Source of the DNA: a virus
Lineage: Duplodnaviria; Caudoviricetes
Virus record (IMG/VR): IMGVR_UViG_3300046703_000036
Location: 1 to 54,358 of that record
Length of the DNA stretch: 54,358 bases
Reading direction: 5' to 3' (one strand)
Made by a program: the position numbers and the translations under genes. How positions within the stretch are numbered: the first letter of the stretch is position 1; the number at the start of each line of letters is the position of its first letter. Positions 19,953 through 30,305 of the stretch are shown piece by piece. The notes beneath the pieces are model-generated. The model searched no databases. It was not told where the DNA came from and was given only the letters and a program-made list of their open reading frames with translations.

Positions 19953-20399
19953 ATGGCGGCAAATCCGCATAAAGGAGAAGTCGAGATCGACTTGAGAAAG
20001 TCAGTCTCAAAGAATCTACTGCAACCTCGCGACCGTAAGACGGTCTATCTCAAATTTTCGATGGAAGCAGTCGGGAACATTGAACGAGATATACGGCGGG
20101 AAGTCGGAGGCGACATCTCGGTCTTTGAAATACTGATGCGTCTAAGGAAATTCCCTTGGAAGATCAGCATACTCGAGACCGCTGTCATGCTTCAACACGG
20201 CTTGGCCGATCAATTCCCTTCAATGAGCCTTGAATTAGCTTATCGGATATTAGATATTCAAGAGCTTGGAGTGCTCCTCAGCACAATCTTAGAAGCTTTG
20301 AACGTTTCATTTGAGGGGGCCATGCCCGAGGCAGTTCAAAAAGAGTTAGACCAAGAGCCGTTCATTGAGACAGTCGAGGAGGGCGAAGGAAAAAAGTAA
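19953..20399 (+). CDS. Tail assembly chaperone (gpG-like)
   Basis: MAANPHKGEVEI N-terminus; ends in slippery A AAA AAG; lies before the tape measure gene. Confidence 0.85.
   Translation: MAANPHKGEVEIDLRKSVSKNLLQPRDRKTVYLKFSMEAVGNIERDIRREVGGDISVFEILMRLRKFPWKISILETAVMLQHGLADQFPSMSLELAYRILDIQELGVLLSTILEALNVSFEGAMPEAVQKELDQEPFIETVEEGEGKK
20390..20396 (+). promoter_or_regulatory. -1 programmed ribosomal frameshift site (A AAA AAG)
   Basis: X XXY YYZ heptamer right before TAA20397; the -1 frame is open to 20926. Confidence 0.8.
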
Positions 20400-20926
20400 C
20401 TCTGCTCGACGTCGAGGCAATTAAGAACGTCGGGCTCGGGCATTTATGCTTGAGTCATATCGAACTGTTTGCCTTGACATACTTCCAATTTATCGAGCTT
20501 TATAGAGGTTGGGAGGAACGACAAAAACATGACTCGATTAAAAGGGCCGAGATCATTGCGACTCTGTACAACGTTAACCGAATGGACGAGTCCTCGAAGG
20601 TCGTCGAGATCGCTGACATTCTCCCTTGGTATTCGGATTATGCCGGGAACGGAAGGGGAACCGAACAAGATGTAATAGGCTTTGAACTATCTCGTCCGAT
20701 AGATGAGAGCGTTCCGCAACTCGAGCGAGTCACTAAGCGGCTTCTTGAGGAATGGGGGAGGAATCCCAACATGCCTCGCGACGCCCCGGAGTGGATCGAC
20801 GCCGAGCAACATGCGCAGCAAATTCTCGGGCCGGGCGGATTGGAGGGCGACACGGTGATGCTGCAAGGGGTCAAGATTAAAAAAGCAGATCCTAAAATAT
20901 GGGGAGAGAAATTCCCCGATTGGTGA
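20390..20926 (+). CDS. Tail assembly chaperone frameshift extension (gpT-like)
   Basis: Open -1 frame without its own SD; ELFALTYFQFIELYRG motif. Confidence 0.75.
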   Translation, partial: KKVTLLDVEAIKNVGLGHLCLSHIELFALTYFQFIELYRGWEERQKHDSIKRAEIIATLYNVNRMDESSKVVEIADILPWYSDYAGNGRGTEQDVIGFELSRPIDESVPQLERVTKRLLEEWGRNPNMPRDAPEWIDAEQHAQQILGPGGLEGDTVMLQGVKIKKADPKIWGEKFPDW

Positions 20927-20938
20927 GTTGAGACTAGC

Positions 20939-23900
20939 ATGGCAGGAATTACAGATATAATCGTCAAAATCGGCGCTGATATAAGCGGCTTGAGTAAGGG
21001 CTTTTCAGACGCGGGCAAACAAACCGGCGACTTTGAGAGCAAGATCAAGGGCATAGGCGGAAGCATGACAGCGGCCGGGGGCGCTATGACGGCCGGAGTC
21101 ACCGCCCCACTAATGGCGATTGGAGCGTTTGCTATGAAGTCCGCAAGCGACGTCGGAGGCGCGTTTAAGACAATCGAGAAGGCAACCGGGGCGACCGGGC
21201 CGCAACTTGTGTCGCTCAAAGGCACGTTTAAAGACGTGTTCGGGAGCATGCCGATCTCGGCCGGAGACGCTGCAACTGCAATTGGTAAGATCTCACCAAT
21301 ATTAACGACCCTAAATAATGGGATTGCTCCGACCCGGGAGTCGATGACCCAAGTTACGACCGCCTTTGAGGAGTTCGCCAAGGTCACGGGAACCGACATC
21401 ACGGCCGACGTCACGACGTTAGGGAAAGCATTTACAGCGTTCGGAGTCTCGGGAGACGAGATCCCGGGCATGCTTGGAGAGGTAAATGTCGCGGCTCAAA
21501 AGACGGGGGATTCTACTGATACTTTAATGGCGTCAGTATTGTCGGCCGCTCCGGTCTTCAATACGATGGGCTTCTCAATGACTGAGACGACGGCGCTTAT
21601 GGCTAAACTCGACATGAGTGGAGCAAAGGGTAAGGCGACAATCTCGGCGCTAAGCAAGGTCATGCAAGAGGCCGGAGAAGCGGGCAAATCTCCTAAATTA
21701 GTATTTAGCCAATTAAGCGAGGAACTCAAGAACGGGACGCACACGTCGGCCGAAGCAACTAAACTCTATAAGGAGTTGGGAGCAAAGGGATTCGCGAACT
21801 TATCAACGGCCGCTCGGTCGGGTGCGTTAGACATCGGAACCCTCACCAAAGCGATGAAAGAAGGCTCCGGCGGACTCGATGCACAATATAAGAAGACACT
21901 CACGTTCGGCGATAACTTAAAGATACTCACCAATAAACTCGAGGTCGCATTCCAACCGCTCGGGACGGCCATCTTTAACACGCTCGGCATGATCGTCGAT
22001 GCGGCAAAGCCCATCATTGACATAGTCACAAAGATAGCGGAAGCATTCGGCAACCTCCCGGCTCCGATTCAAATGGTCGTTGTTATCGTCGGGATGATAG
22101 CGGCCGCAATTGGCCCCGTCCTTATGGCTGTCGGAATGGCGCTCCCCGCAATCACAACGGCTATTGGAGCAATAACGGGACTGTTCGCAGAGGGAGGGAT
22201 ACTCGCCGGAATTGGAGGATTTATAGGAGAGTTAGGATTAGCGGGAGTTATGCTTAATCCTATTACAATCGCCGTCGCTGCTCTCGTCGGCTTATTTGTT
22301 TTGCTTTATACGCAGTCCGCAACATTCCGGGACGTGATAGGCCAAGCAGTCGCTAAGGTTCAAGAGTTGTTCGGCTTTATAATGAAACTCGGCGGGCTCC
22401 TATTAGGCGGCAAATGGGGAGAAGCGGGCGAGATGCTCAAAAAGGGATTCACCGACGCGGTGAACATGATTAAGAACATCAATTGGGGCGGCGTGAGAGA
22501 CACAATTCTTAAAATCTTCTCAGAAGTCGGGACGTCAATAATGAACTTCCTTAAGCCGGTCGGCAACATGATCGGCGGTTTATTTGATGGAATCAAGAAG
22601 GTCGATTGGGGCGGCATATTGGCCGGGGCTCTTGATGCGTTCGCAAACCTTCTCGATCAGGTCATGGGCATGGATTGGGGCGGCATAGTGACGGGCCTCA
22701 TTGATTCTCTTGTCGGGGCATTTGGTGGAGGCGGCGGAGGCGATGATAAAAAGAAGGCGGACGATGCGGCCAAAAAGACCGGGGACGCTGCAAAACAATT
22801 TGACATGGGCAAGACGTTGTCGACAAGCGTTGAGAAGGCGGCCCCGGATATACTCGGCAAACTTGGGAACGTCTTTGTCAAACTCGTCGCGACGTTACCC
22901 GTTATATTTCTTAAGATCACAACGGCTCTTGCGGCTGCTCTCATGAAGGTCAATTGGGGCGAGATCGCTAACAAACTTTGGGAAGCAATCAAGACCGCTC
23001 TCGGAGTGATCGTCACTTGGCTTGTCTCACAACCTTGGGCTCAATGGGCGATGACTGTGTGGAATGCTCTCACCGGGGCGGTTGGAAAAATAATCGTATG
23101 GTTACAAAGCCTTCCGTGGATTCAATATGCGACGACCGTTTGGAATGCACTTAAGACGGTGATCGGGACGATTGTTACATGGTTACAAAGCCTCCCTTGG
23201 GCGTCTTATGCTGCTACTGTTTGGAATGCTTTAAAAGGCGCGATAGGCGCGATAGTCGGTTGGCTGATAAGCCTCCCTTGGGCGTCTTATGCTGCTACTG
23301 TTTGGAATGCTTTAAAAGGCGCGATAGGCGCGATAATTGGCTGGCTTATCGGGCTTGATTGGGGCGGCGTCGCTAGAACGTTTTATAATGCAATAACCGG
23401 CGCTGTCGGCGGGATAATAGGTTGGCTCCGGGGGCTTGATTGGGGCGGCGTCGCGAGGACACTTTATAATGCAATAATCGGCGCTCTCGGCGGACTTCTC
23501 GGTTGGTTCTTGAGTATCAATTGGGGGCAAGTCGGGACGGCTCTATGGAATGCGATTCAGTCGATAGACATTCCCGGGAAGTTATCAAGCGCACTCAGCA
23601 CAATAGGCGACGGAATCGTCAACGCTTTAAAGAGCTTTTGGAATGACCATATCGCGGGACACTATGGGATCGGGCCACTTGGCTTTGACATTGCGCGAGT
23701 AGCGAGTGGAGGACTTATCAACGCTCAGCGGGGGGGCATGCTCGCGGTATTAGGCGAAGGTGGAGAGCGGGAATGGGTCGTTCCCGCGAGATATGAATGG
23801 GGCATCGATCCGGCGGTCAGATCTGCTTTGTCAACGCACCAATTTGCGACCGGAGGAGTTATTAGCGGGGCATATAGTTCGTCTATGTCATTCCCAAGAT

Positions 23901-24043
23901 CATCCGCACGATCGGGCGGAACGACGGCCGGAGCGACATATCAATACAACGCATACATCACGGTCGATTCAGAGAATATAAAGCGCGAAGTATTCAAAGG
24001 ATTCCGGGAGTTAGAAGATTATGCTCACCTTGGGAGGTTCTAA
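20939..24043 (+). CDS. Tail tape measure protein
   Basis: IIVKIGADIS and MTAGVTAPL motifs; Trp-periodic amphipathic repeats; GEGGEREWVVP. Confidence 0.95.
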   Translation: MAGITDIIVKIGADISGLSKGFSDAGKQTGDFESKIKGIGGSMTAAGGAMTAGVTAPLMAIGAFAMKSASDVGGAFKTIEKATGATGPQLVSLKGTFKDVFGSMPISAGDAATAIGKISPILTTLNNGIAPTRESMTQVTTAFEEFAKVTGTDITADVTTLGKAFTAFGVSGDEIPGMLGEVNVAAQKTGDSTDTLMASVLSAAPVFNTMGFSMTETTALMAKLDMSGAKGKATISALSKVMQEAGEAGKSPKLVFSQLSEELKNGTHTSAEATKLYKELGAKGFANLSTAARSGALDIGTLTKAMKEGSGGLDAQYKKTLTFGDNLKILTNKLEVAFQPLGTAIFNTLGMIVDAAKPIIDIVTKIAEAFGNLPAPIQMVVVIVGMIAAAIGPVLMAVGMALPAITTAIGAITGLFAEGGILAGIGGFIGELGLAGVMLNPITIAVAALVGLFVLLYTQSATFRDVIGQAVAKVQELFGFIMKLGGLLLGGKWGEAGEMLKKGFTDAVNMIKNINWGGVRDTILKIFSEVGTSIMNFLKPVGNMIGGLFDGIKKVDWGGILAGALDAFANLLDQVMGMDWGGIVTGLIDSLVGAFGGGGGGDDKKKADDAAKKTGDAAKQFDMGKTLSTSVEKAAPDILGKLGNVFVKLVATLPVIFLKITTALAAALMKVNWGEIANKLWEAIKTALGVIVTWLVSQPWAQWAMTVWNALTGAVGKIIVWLQSLPWIQYATTVWNALKTVIGTIVTWLQSLPWASYAATVWNALKGAIGAIVGWLISLPWASYAATVWNALKGAIGAIIGWLIGLDWGGVARTFYNAITGAVGGIIGWLRGLDWGGVARTLYNAIIGALGGLLGWFLSINWGQVGTALWNAIQSIDIPGKLSSALSTIGDGIVNALKSFWNDHIAGHYGIGPLGFDIARVASGGLINAQRGGMLAVLGEGGEREWVVPARYEWGIDPAVRSALSTHQFATGGVISGAYSSSMSFPRSSARSGGTTAGATYQYNAYITVDSENIKREVFKGFRELEDYAHLGRF
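23188..23335 (+). repeat. Exact 67-nt direct repeat (81-nt period) within tape-measure repeats
   Basis: 23188-23254 = 23269-23335; encodes part of the 27-aa WxxSLPWASYAATVWNALKGAIGAI unit. Confidence 0.9.
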
Positions 24044-24972
24044 TGTCGGAAGTTTGGGTAATTAAGACAAGCGACGGAGAGGAATACGGGTTTAAGACAC
24101 TCACCGACGACCCGATGGGGCTCACGTATGACGGACATTATCAACTCCTTAAGGGAGCACACGGGCATCATGGCATGTCTCGCAAATATTCATCTGACCC
24201 GGTTCCCGGAATGGCCGGGGAGGAATTGCGAGAGGAGCAGATCGAGATCCGTGAGATATACATGCCGATTCGGATTCACGGGACGGACGCGGCCGACCGG
24301 GATGAGAACAAGCAAGCACTCCGGCGCTCTATCTCCCGGGCATCATTCGAGCTTTGGATCACAAACGAACAAGGCGAGACGAGGGTCTTTTATTGTCGCT
24401 ATGGGGGGGGCTTTGATAAAATAGTCGACGATTGGACGAACAGCCCGACATTTATCAACGTCCCGCTTACATTAATATGCTTTGATCCGTATTGCTATGA
24501 CCTCCCGGGGAATGAGGTCACACATACGACAGAGTTTACGCTTCCGACACAATTGTTCTTTGATGCGAACCCTTGGTTCTCCTCTCCTTGGAGACTCTCG
24601 AGCGGTTCAGTCAATCGCGAATGGACGGTTTACAACGACGGCGACGAGGACGCTTATCCGGTTTGGACACTCGCCGGGCCGGGCCGGGCTCCGATACTAA
24701 AGAATCTCACGACCGGCAAATCATTCGCATTGGATTATGTTCTCGCGTCGAACGAATCAATAACGATCGACATGACCGCATGGACGGTCGTCGCGACAAT
24801 AGGGGTCGGCGACGCGGCTGTTATGACGAACGCTCGCAAATACATGATTAGAACCATGCGCGACATGTGGGCGTTGCAGCCCGGGCCGAACGATCTATCA
24901 ATCGAGATGTACGGCGGGGAGCAGGGAGCACAAGTCGAATTCAGCTTCTTAAAACGATTTGAGGGAATATAA
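24043..24972 (+). CDS. Distal tail (Dit) protein
   Basis: LICFDPY, VYNDGDEDAYPVWTLAGP and WALQPGPN motifs; follows the tape measure gene. Confidence 0.88.
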   Translation: MSEVWVIKTSDGEEYGFKTLTDDPMGLTYDGHYQLLKGAHGHHGMSRKYSSDPVPGMAGEELREEQIEIREIYMPIRIHGTDAADRDENKQALRRSISRASFELWITNEQGETRVFYCRYGGGFDKIVDDWTNSPTFINVPLTLICFDPYCYDLPGNEVTHTTEFTLPTQLFFDANPWFSSPWRLSSGSVNREWTVYNDGDEDAYPVWTLAGPGRAPILKNLTTGKSFALDYVLASNESITIDMTAWTVVATIGVGDAAVMTNARKYMIRTMRDMWALQPGPNDLSIEMYGGEQGAQVEFSFLKRFEGI

Positions 24973-24986
24973 GAGGACTAAAAGAC

Positions 24987-26498
24987 ATGCCGGAATCATC
25001 ACTTGTCGACGCGAATTGCGAGATCATCATAAGAGATGAGAACTTGGAGGACGCGGGAGCGATCCGTAACCTAATCAAGTTCGACTCGACGCTCAGATTA
25101 AACGAGGTCTCGAGCTGGCAAATCGACATGCACACTGACGACTTTATGGCTCTCAACGCGAACGGCGGATCGTTCGGGCTCGGGAGCGGGATCATGTTCA
25201 GACGCGACAACGTGCAAATCTTGAGCGGCCCCGTGATGCTCGTTAAACCTCATTATCTCGCGGGCAACCGGACGACGACCATATTCGGGGGCTGCGATAA
25301 CGCATGGCTGCAAACCCGTATCTGTTACCCCAAGGTTGAAGGAATGATCTACGAGGACGGGATGTATCGGTTCGCACAGAAGCGACTCGCCGATGGATTG
25401 ACGACAGTAACGACCGAAGTTATCGCAGTGGGCGACTCAAAGATGACAGTCAAAGACGCGAGCGGCTTCCTCCCCGGGGCGACGATTCAATTAGGAACCG
25501 GCGGGAAGACCAACATAGCGACAATCGACTATCCTCAAAACGTGCTTAACTTTAAAGCAGTGTTCTCGTCGACATACCCGATCGGGACGGCTATCACACA
25601 AAGCGGGACGGGAAGCTCTATCGTCGATGACCCGGCGTTCTTAGGTTATGACGTCCGAGTCGATAAAGCCGAGACGGTCATGAAAGAGCTTGTTTATTAT
25701 AATGCGGGAGCGGGGGCATGCGTGGATAAGTTCGGGTCTCGGGCTATTCCTCATTTGGTAGTTCCGACAAACTTCGGCCGGGGCAATACCGTTACGTCAA
25801 ACGTAAGGGGCGAGAATCTTCTGTCGCAAATACAAAGCCTCGCGATCATTGGTCAGCTCAACTTCCAAGTTACACAAGTCGACACAGATTTAGTCTTTGA
25901 CGTATTCATCGGGGAAGACCTTACCAAGAACGACGACCTTGTGTTCAGCGTAGAAGCTAGGAACCTAAAGGAATATGAGTTCAGCTTGGGGCTTCCCGAT
26001 GCAAATATGCTTATCGGAGTCGGGCCTTACATAATGCTAAGGGATGAAACCGGAAAATTTACGGCCAAAACTACACATAAAGGATTTTTCCCGTCCGCTG
26101 ATTTGGCTTCGATGGCTCAATTCGGCCGGTTCGAGGGTTGGATTAATGCCTCCCAAGGGAATGCAGGAGAAACGGCGGACGATATTAAGACCTATATGGA
26201 CTCACAAAATCAAATGACATTGCTAACGACTGCGAATAATTCGTCGCTCTCGATCTCGCTCCAAGAGACCGACCAAGTGAGGTTCCCTCGGGACTTCAAT
26301 GTCGGGTCTAAAGTAGTTATCATGATAGGCGACGAGCCGACCGAGCAAGTAGTGACTAACGTCAATTATTCAATACCCGGAGGCGCGGGCGGTTCGGGTT
26401 CGGCGGTCGCGGCATTCACACAGAAACAAATGAGCCGGGTTATGACACGACAGAACCGGCAAGGCGATTTAATAAAGCAACTAATGTTAAACAGTTGA
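24987..26498 (+). CDS. Baseplate hub/Tal-like minor tail protein (ReqiPepy6 gp37-like) with an insert
   Basis: LRLNEVSSWQI, AETVMKELV..NAG, RGENLL and RDFNVG motifs; follows Dit. Confidence 0.8.
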   Translation: MPESSLVDANCEIIIRDENLEDAGAIRNLIKFDSTLRLNEVSSWQIDMHTDDFMALNANGGSFGLGSGIMFRRDNVQILSGPVMLVKPHYLAGNRTTTIFGGCDNAWLQTRICYPKVEGMIYEDGMYRFAQKRLADGLTTVTTEVIAVGDSKMTVKDASGFLPGATIQLGTGGKTNIATIDYPQNVLNFKAVFSSTYPIGTAITQSGTGSSIVDDPAFLGYDVRVDKAETVMKELVYYNAGAGACVDKFGSRAIPHLVVPTNFGRGNTVTSNVRGENLLSQIQSLAIIGQLNFQVTQVDTDLVFDVFIGEDLTKNDDLVFSVEARNLKEYEFSLGLPDANMLIGVGPYIMLRDETGKFTAKTTHKGFFPSADLASMAQFGRFEGWINASQGNAGETADDIKTYMDSQNQMTLLTTANNSSLSISLQETDQVRFPRDFNVGSKVVIMIGDEPTEQVVTNVNYSIPGGAGGSGSAVAAFTQKQMSRVMTRQNRQGDLIKQLMLNS

Positions 26499-26508
26499 GG
26501 AGATAAGA

Positions 26509-28701
26509 ATGGTTGGAGGCCCGTTACGGATTGCAGCGCATGGAGGAATTGTCAGCGACGTCGGTTGGCTCAAGACTAAAGGTCTTGATGAGGTCGGCTT
26601 AGTTGTTTATAACGGCAATAATCCGTCTCCGGCGTTTATCAAGAATGCCGGGATTAAGTATGCTACTTTAAATCCTTGGAATGACTCGGGCGACCCGCCT
26701 TACAGCAACGGCGATCACTACGCGGGATATATGCAATCAATTAAATCGAACGGTTGGGACATGGTCGCGGGCGAAGGGCGAGGCGGAGACAACGTTCGCG
26801 TTTGTAATAATTATCTTTGGTATTGTAATTATGGAGGGATCGTCTCGGAGCAACAATATGATATGTACGCGTCCCCGTGGCTTCATCCTAAGAACGGGTC
26901 GCACGTTGACTATATTGAAACGTATAACAACGGCGGGGGGCTTGTCTTGGATTCGGCTTATAATTGCATTGCAGCCGCCAAGAACGCCGGATCGCAAGAG
27001 CTTGGGATATTGATAGGCGATTGGATGTGCTCGAGTAGAGGGATTGGGAGCGGAACATACATCGCATTTATTGACCGTTGTCGCAACGCCGGTCTCGCAG
27101 TTAATACTGCTCTATTTTGGTGCGGCTATAATTATGATATAACGTCTTCATTGAAAGGAAAATGCAATGAGGTCATGCAAGGATTGATAAATCATTATGG
27201 AATCCGACACGGGATTGGTTCGAGCGGCGGCGGAGGAGGCGGAACAACGCCGGTCACACCCGCACCAACTCCCGCACCCGGGACGGCCGGGAATTGTCCT
27301 TGTAAACATATATGGTGCGGGATCGTCGGAGCGCCGTCACTTTATACATTCACACAAACAAGCGCCGTCCCTATCGAACTCGGCGGGATACAAGGATGGG
27401 TCGACAACGCCGGGGGGTGGGTTCCCAACAAACCGGACGCGACAAGAATATCTATCGTTCAGAAGTCCCCAAACGGATCGCTTCAAACAATAGGAACAGT
27501 TACACCGGACGCAAAGGGCAACTTTAGAGCCTCGATAAAGGCTCCCGGGACGGGGACATATCACTATAACGCCAAGGGTGCGTCGGGCAATTGGGGCAAC
27601 GATTGTACAGTGGTTTGGCAGCAATTCGGAGCAAACCCGGCTCCGGGTTCCCCCGCGATAGACTTTGCGGGTTCGACTCCGGCCGCGTGTTCTCCAAATG
27701 GGAGCGACATCTCTGTCTTTGTAAGAGGGACAGACGCGGCAATATGGTTTAGAAGTTGGTATAGTGGATCATGGCATGATTGGACGAGCATCGGCGGTAT
27801 AACGGGAGCAATGACCGGCCCGGGCGCTGCTTCTTGGGGGAGTGGCCGCATGGACGTCTTCACGGGAGGAAGCAATAGCCACGTTTGGCATAAATTCAAT
27901 ACGTCGGGACAGTGGTCAGGTTGGGAGGATCTCAGCGGATTAATTACCTCGGATTGTGCGGCGACAAGCTCGGCATCGGGGCAATTGAGCGTCTTTGTTA
28001 GAGGGACGAACGGAGTTGTATATCACAAGAGATATGTCGGCGGCGCTTGGGGCTCTTGGGTCAGTATAACCGGACTTGTCAAAGAAGGGACTGCTCCGGC
28101 TGCTTGCTCATGGGGTGGAGAACGGATTGACGTCGTCGTAACGGGGACGGATAGCCACGTTTGGCATAATTCAACGGCCAACGGGACAACGTGGTCAGGT
28201 TGGGTCTCTATCGGAGGAACGACGGCGGCCTCTCCCGCGATCGCGACGCTCGGGAGTGGTCAACTCGCCGTATTTGTGCGGGGAACGGACGACGAGCTTT
28301 GGATGAAACAATATTCAGGCGGAGCATGGGGCGATTGGCTCGAGATGGGCGGGACGCTTGCATACGGGCCGGGTATTGGAGCTTGTGCAACGGCGACCGA
28401 ATATCACGTCTTTGTTATAGGAACGACGGGCTCCGTGTATCACACTTATGGATCGGCTGCTTGGACAGGTTGGCAAAACGTCGGGGGCAAAGTAGCTATA
28501 CCAGCGACGGAGCCCGAGATGGCGAGCGGCGGTTTGATTCCCGCGAACGATTCCGAGTCGATGGTTCCGCCGATCACGGTTCCCGACAAGGATGAGGATT
28601 TAACGTTGCCGCCGACCGATCCGGTTCCGACAACGCAACCGGAAGGGCTGACAGTGATATTGAGGGATCATAAAAAGAACTTAACGGAGGTTAATAAATG
28701 A
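26509..28701 (+). CDS. Tail-associated protein: putative glycosidase-like domain plus PLL-type beta-propeller lectin
   Basis: About six VFVRGT...W....WSGW.S(I/L)GG repeats; N-domain paralogous to 38829-39836. Confidence 0.7.
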   Translation: MVGGPLRIAAHGGIVSDVGWLKTKGLDEVGLVVYNGNNPSPAFIKNAGIKYATLNPWNDSGDPPYSNGDHYAGYMQSIKSNGWDMVAGEGRGGDNVRVCNNYLWYCNYGGIVSEQQYDMYASPWLHPKNGSHVDYIETYNNGGGLVLDSAYNCIAAAKNAGSQELGILIGDWMCSSRGIGSGTYIAFIDRCRNAGLAVNTALFWCGYNYDITSSLKGKCNEVMQGLINHYGIRHGIGSSGGGGGGTTPVTPAPTPAPGTAGNCPCKHIWCGIVGAPSLYTFTQTSAVPIELGGIQGWVDNAGGWVPNKPDATRISIVQKSPNGSLQTIGTVTPDAKGNFRASIKAPGTGTYHYNAKGASGNWGNDCTVVWQQFGANPAPGSPAIDFAGSTPAACSPNGSDISVFVRGTDAAIWFRSWYSGSWHDWTSIGGITGAMTGPGAASWGSGRMDVFTGGSNSHVWHKFNTSGQWSGWEDLSGLITSDCAATSSASGQLSVFVRGTNGVVYHKRYVGGAWGSWVSITGLVKEGTAPAACSWGGERIDVVVTGTDSHVWHNSTANGTTWSGWVSIGGTTAASPAIATLGSGQLAVFVRGTDDELWMKQYSGGAWGDWLEMGGTLAYGPGIGACATATEYHVFVIGTTGSVYHTYGSAAWTGWQNVGGKVAIPATEPEMASGGLIPANDSESMVPPITVPDKDEDLTLPPTDPVPTTQPEGLTVILRDHKKNLTEVNK

Positions 28702-30293
28702 CAGAAACATCATTCCCGTTCGGAACGGGGGCGGGCTCTACTATGTCGGAAGACACATGGGCCGCACAAATGAGATACGTCCTCGGAACGGGCGTCATAG
28801 CGGTTGCATTCCAAGATGAGGTAAACGAGTTACGAGTAACTGCCGGGACGGGGCTTCAAGTTCTTTTGGATTCCGGCAGCGCGTGGATACAAGGACACTA
28901 TTACAAAAACGACGCTTCAAAGCCGATAACAATTGCAGCTAACACAAACCCGGCAGGGACGCGGGCGGATCTGATAGTCCTCGAGTGCAAATGGGGGACG
29001 AATGCGGGAATAACTGCAAAAACCATCGCAGGAACGCCCGGGCTTGTGTGGCCCGCCGGGAGTGGCTCTTTAACGGGGCTACCAAAACCGGCGACATATC
29101 CCGGGGTATTGGTTCAACAATACTTGGTCAAATGGCAACTTCCGATCGCACAAGTCAACGTCGCGTATAATGCCTCCTCGATCACAGCGAACGATATACT
29201 CGATCAACGCTTATTCGTCAATGGTGGAGGAGTTCAATCGGACACATTTGTCGTCGCTTCCGACGGCGCTTCTCCGTTGATCCGGGCAAATACCAAATAC
29301 GTCGTCCCTTATGGCAGCATTCACGCCGAGGACGTAATAAATGCGGCTATCGCCGACGCTTATACTTATGGAGGCGGAACGGTCAAACTCAGTGAGGGCG
29401 ACTTCAATATATCGGGCTCAATCCTCCCTCTGTCAAACGTCAATCTCAGAGGACTCGGAACTCGATCGAGGATACTCGCAGCGCAAACAAGCATCTATCC
29501 GGCAATATACTGCAACACACAAAGCAATATCAAAATTAGCGACTTATATGTATATGGGAACGGAGTATCGTTATCGCCGGGAGCTTGTCCGGCGGTCGTT
29601 CCCTATGCGGACTTAATTTCGATCCATGACGGCTCTCTCGTTTGGGTCAAAGATTGTCACCTATTTAACGCTAGAGCGAGCGGCATCTATGTAGACACGA
29701 CCGGGACGGCATCGGCTTCTCACGGGCATAGGGTCGAGGGTTGCTTGATTCACGATTGCGCGTCGACCGGGATGCAATCCTCTGGTAACTCAATGATAAT
29801 CTCAAACAATCAATTCCTCGGGAACGGCCACGGGATCGTACTCGCGGGAGCGAATGCAAGTTGGGGTGCGAGCCTAACAAACGTTGCCAATAATATCGTC
29901 CGTGAGAACTATTACGACGGCATACGACTCGTCGGCCCGACAGGCTTTAACGTCACGCAAGCGATGGTTCATGGGAACTCGGTTATTAACAACGGTCAGA
30001 ACGCGCATAATGTGTATTCAAACATCTATCTATACGGAACCTTTTGCGCGTATAACTTCATAACCGGGAACACGATTCAAAGCTGGATGGCGAATAAAAC
30101 GGCTTATGGGATCTATGTCGACACGACTTGCTATGAGAATTCGATCATGAACAATCATGCGATAGCCGCGTCGATCGCAACGTCGACGAATATAAAGTGC
30201 GGGAGAGCGGCAAGTTCAAACACAGCGCCGAACAATATAAGATTTAATCACAGCGGAAGCGTCGCTCCAAACGGCTCAAGTTACGACGCATGA
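28698..30293 (+). CDS. Minor tail/tailspike protein with pectin-lyase-like beta-helix
   Basis: SGSAWIQGHYY baseplate-anchoring N-domain; INAAI...GGGTVKLSEG and Asn-ladder repeats. Confidence 0.82.
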   Translation: MTETSFPFGTGAGSTMSEDTWAAQMRYVLGTGVIAVAFQDEVNELRVTAGTGLQVLLDSGSAWIQGHYYKNDASKPITIAANTNPAGTRADLIVLECKWGTNAGITAKTIAGTPGLVWPAGSGSLTGLPKPATYPGVLVQQYLVKWQLPIAQVNVAYNASSITANDILDQRLFVNGGGVQSDTFVVASDGASPLIRANTKYVVPYGSIHAEDVINAAIADAYTYGGGTVKLSEGDFNISGSILPLSNVNLRGLGTRSRILAAQTSIYPAIYCNTQSNIKISDLYVYGNGVSLSPGACPAVVPYADLISIHDGSLVWVKDCHLFNARASGIYVDTTGTASASHGHRVEGCLIHDCASTGMQSSGNSMIISNNQFLGNGHGIVLAGANASWGASLTNVANNIVRENYYDGIRLVGPTGFNVTQAMVHGNSVINNGQNAHNVYSNIYLYGTFCAYNFITGNTIQSWMANKTAYGIYVDTTCYENSIMNNHAIAASIATSTNIKCGRAASSNTAPNNIRFNHSGSVAPNGSSYDA

Positions 30294-30305
30294 GGAGGAG
30301 GTAAC

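Noticed and set aside
23050-23560. CRISPR-like or mobile repeat array
   Set aside because: These are in-frame 81-nt tape-measure repeats with no unique spacers.
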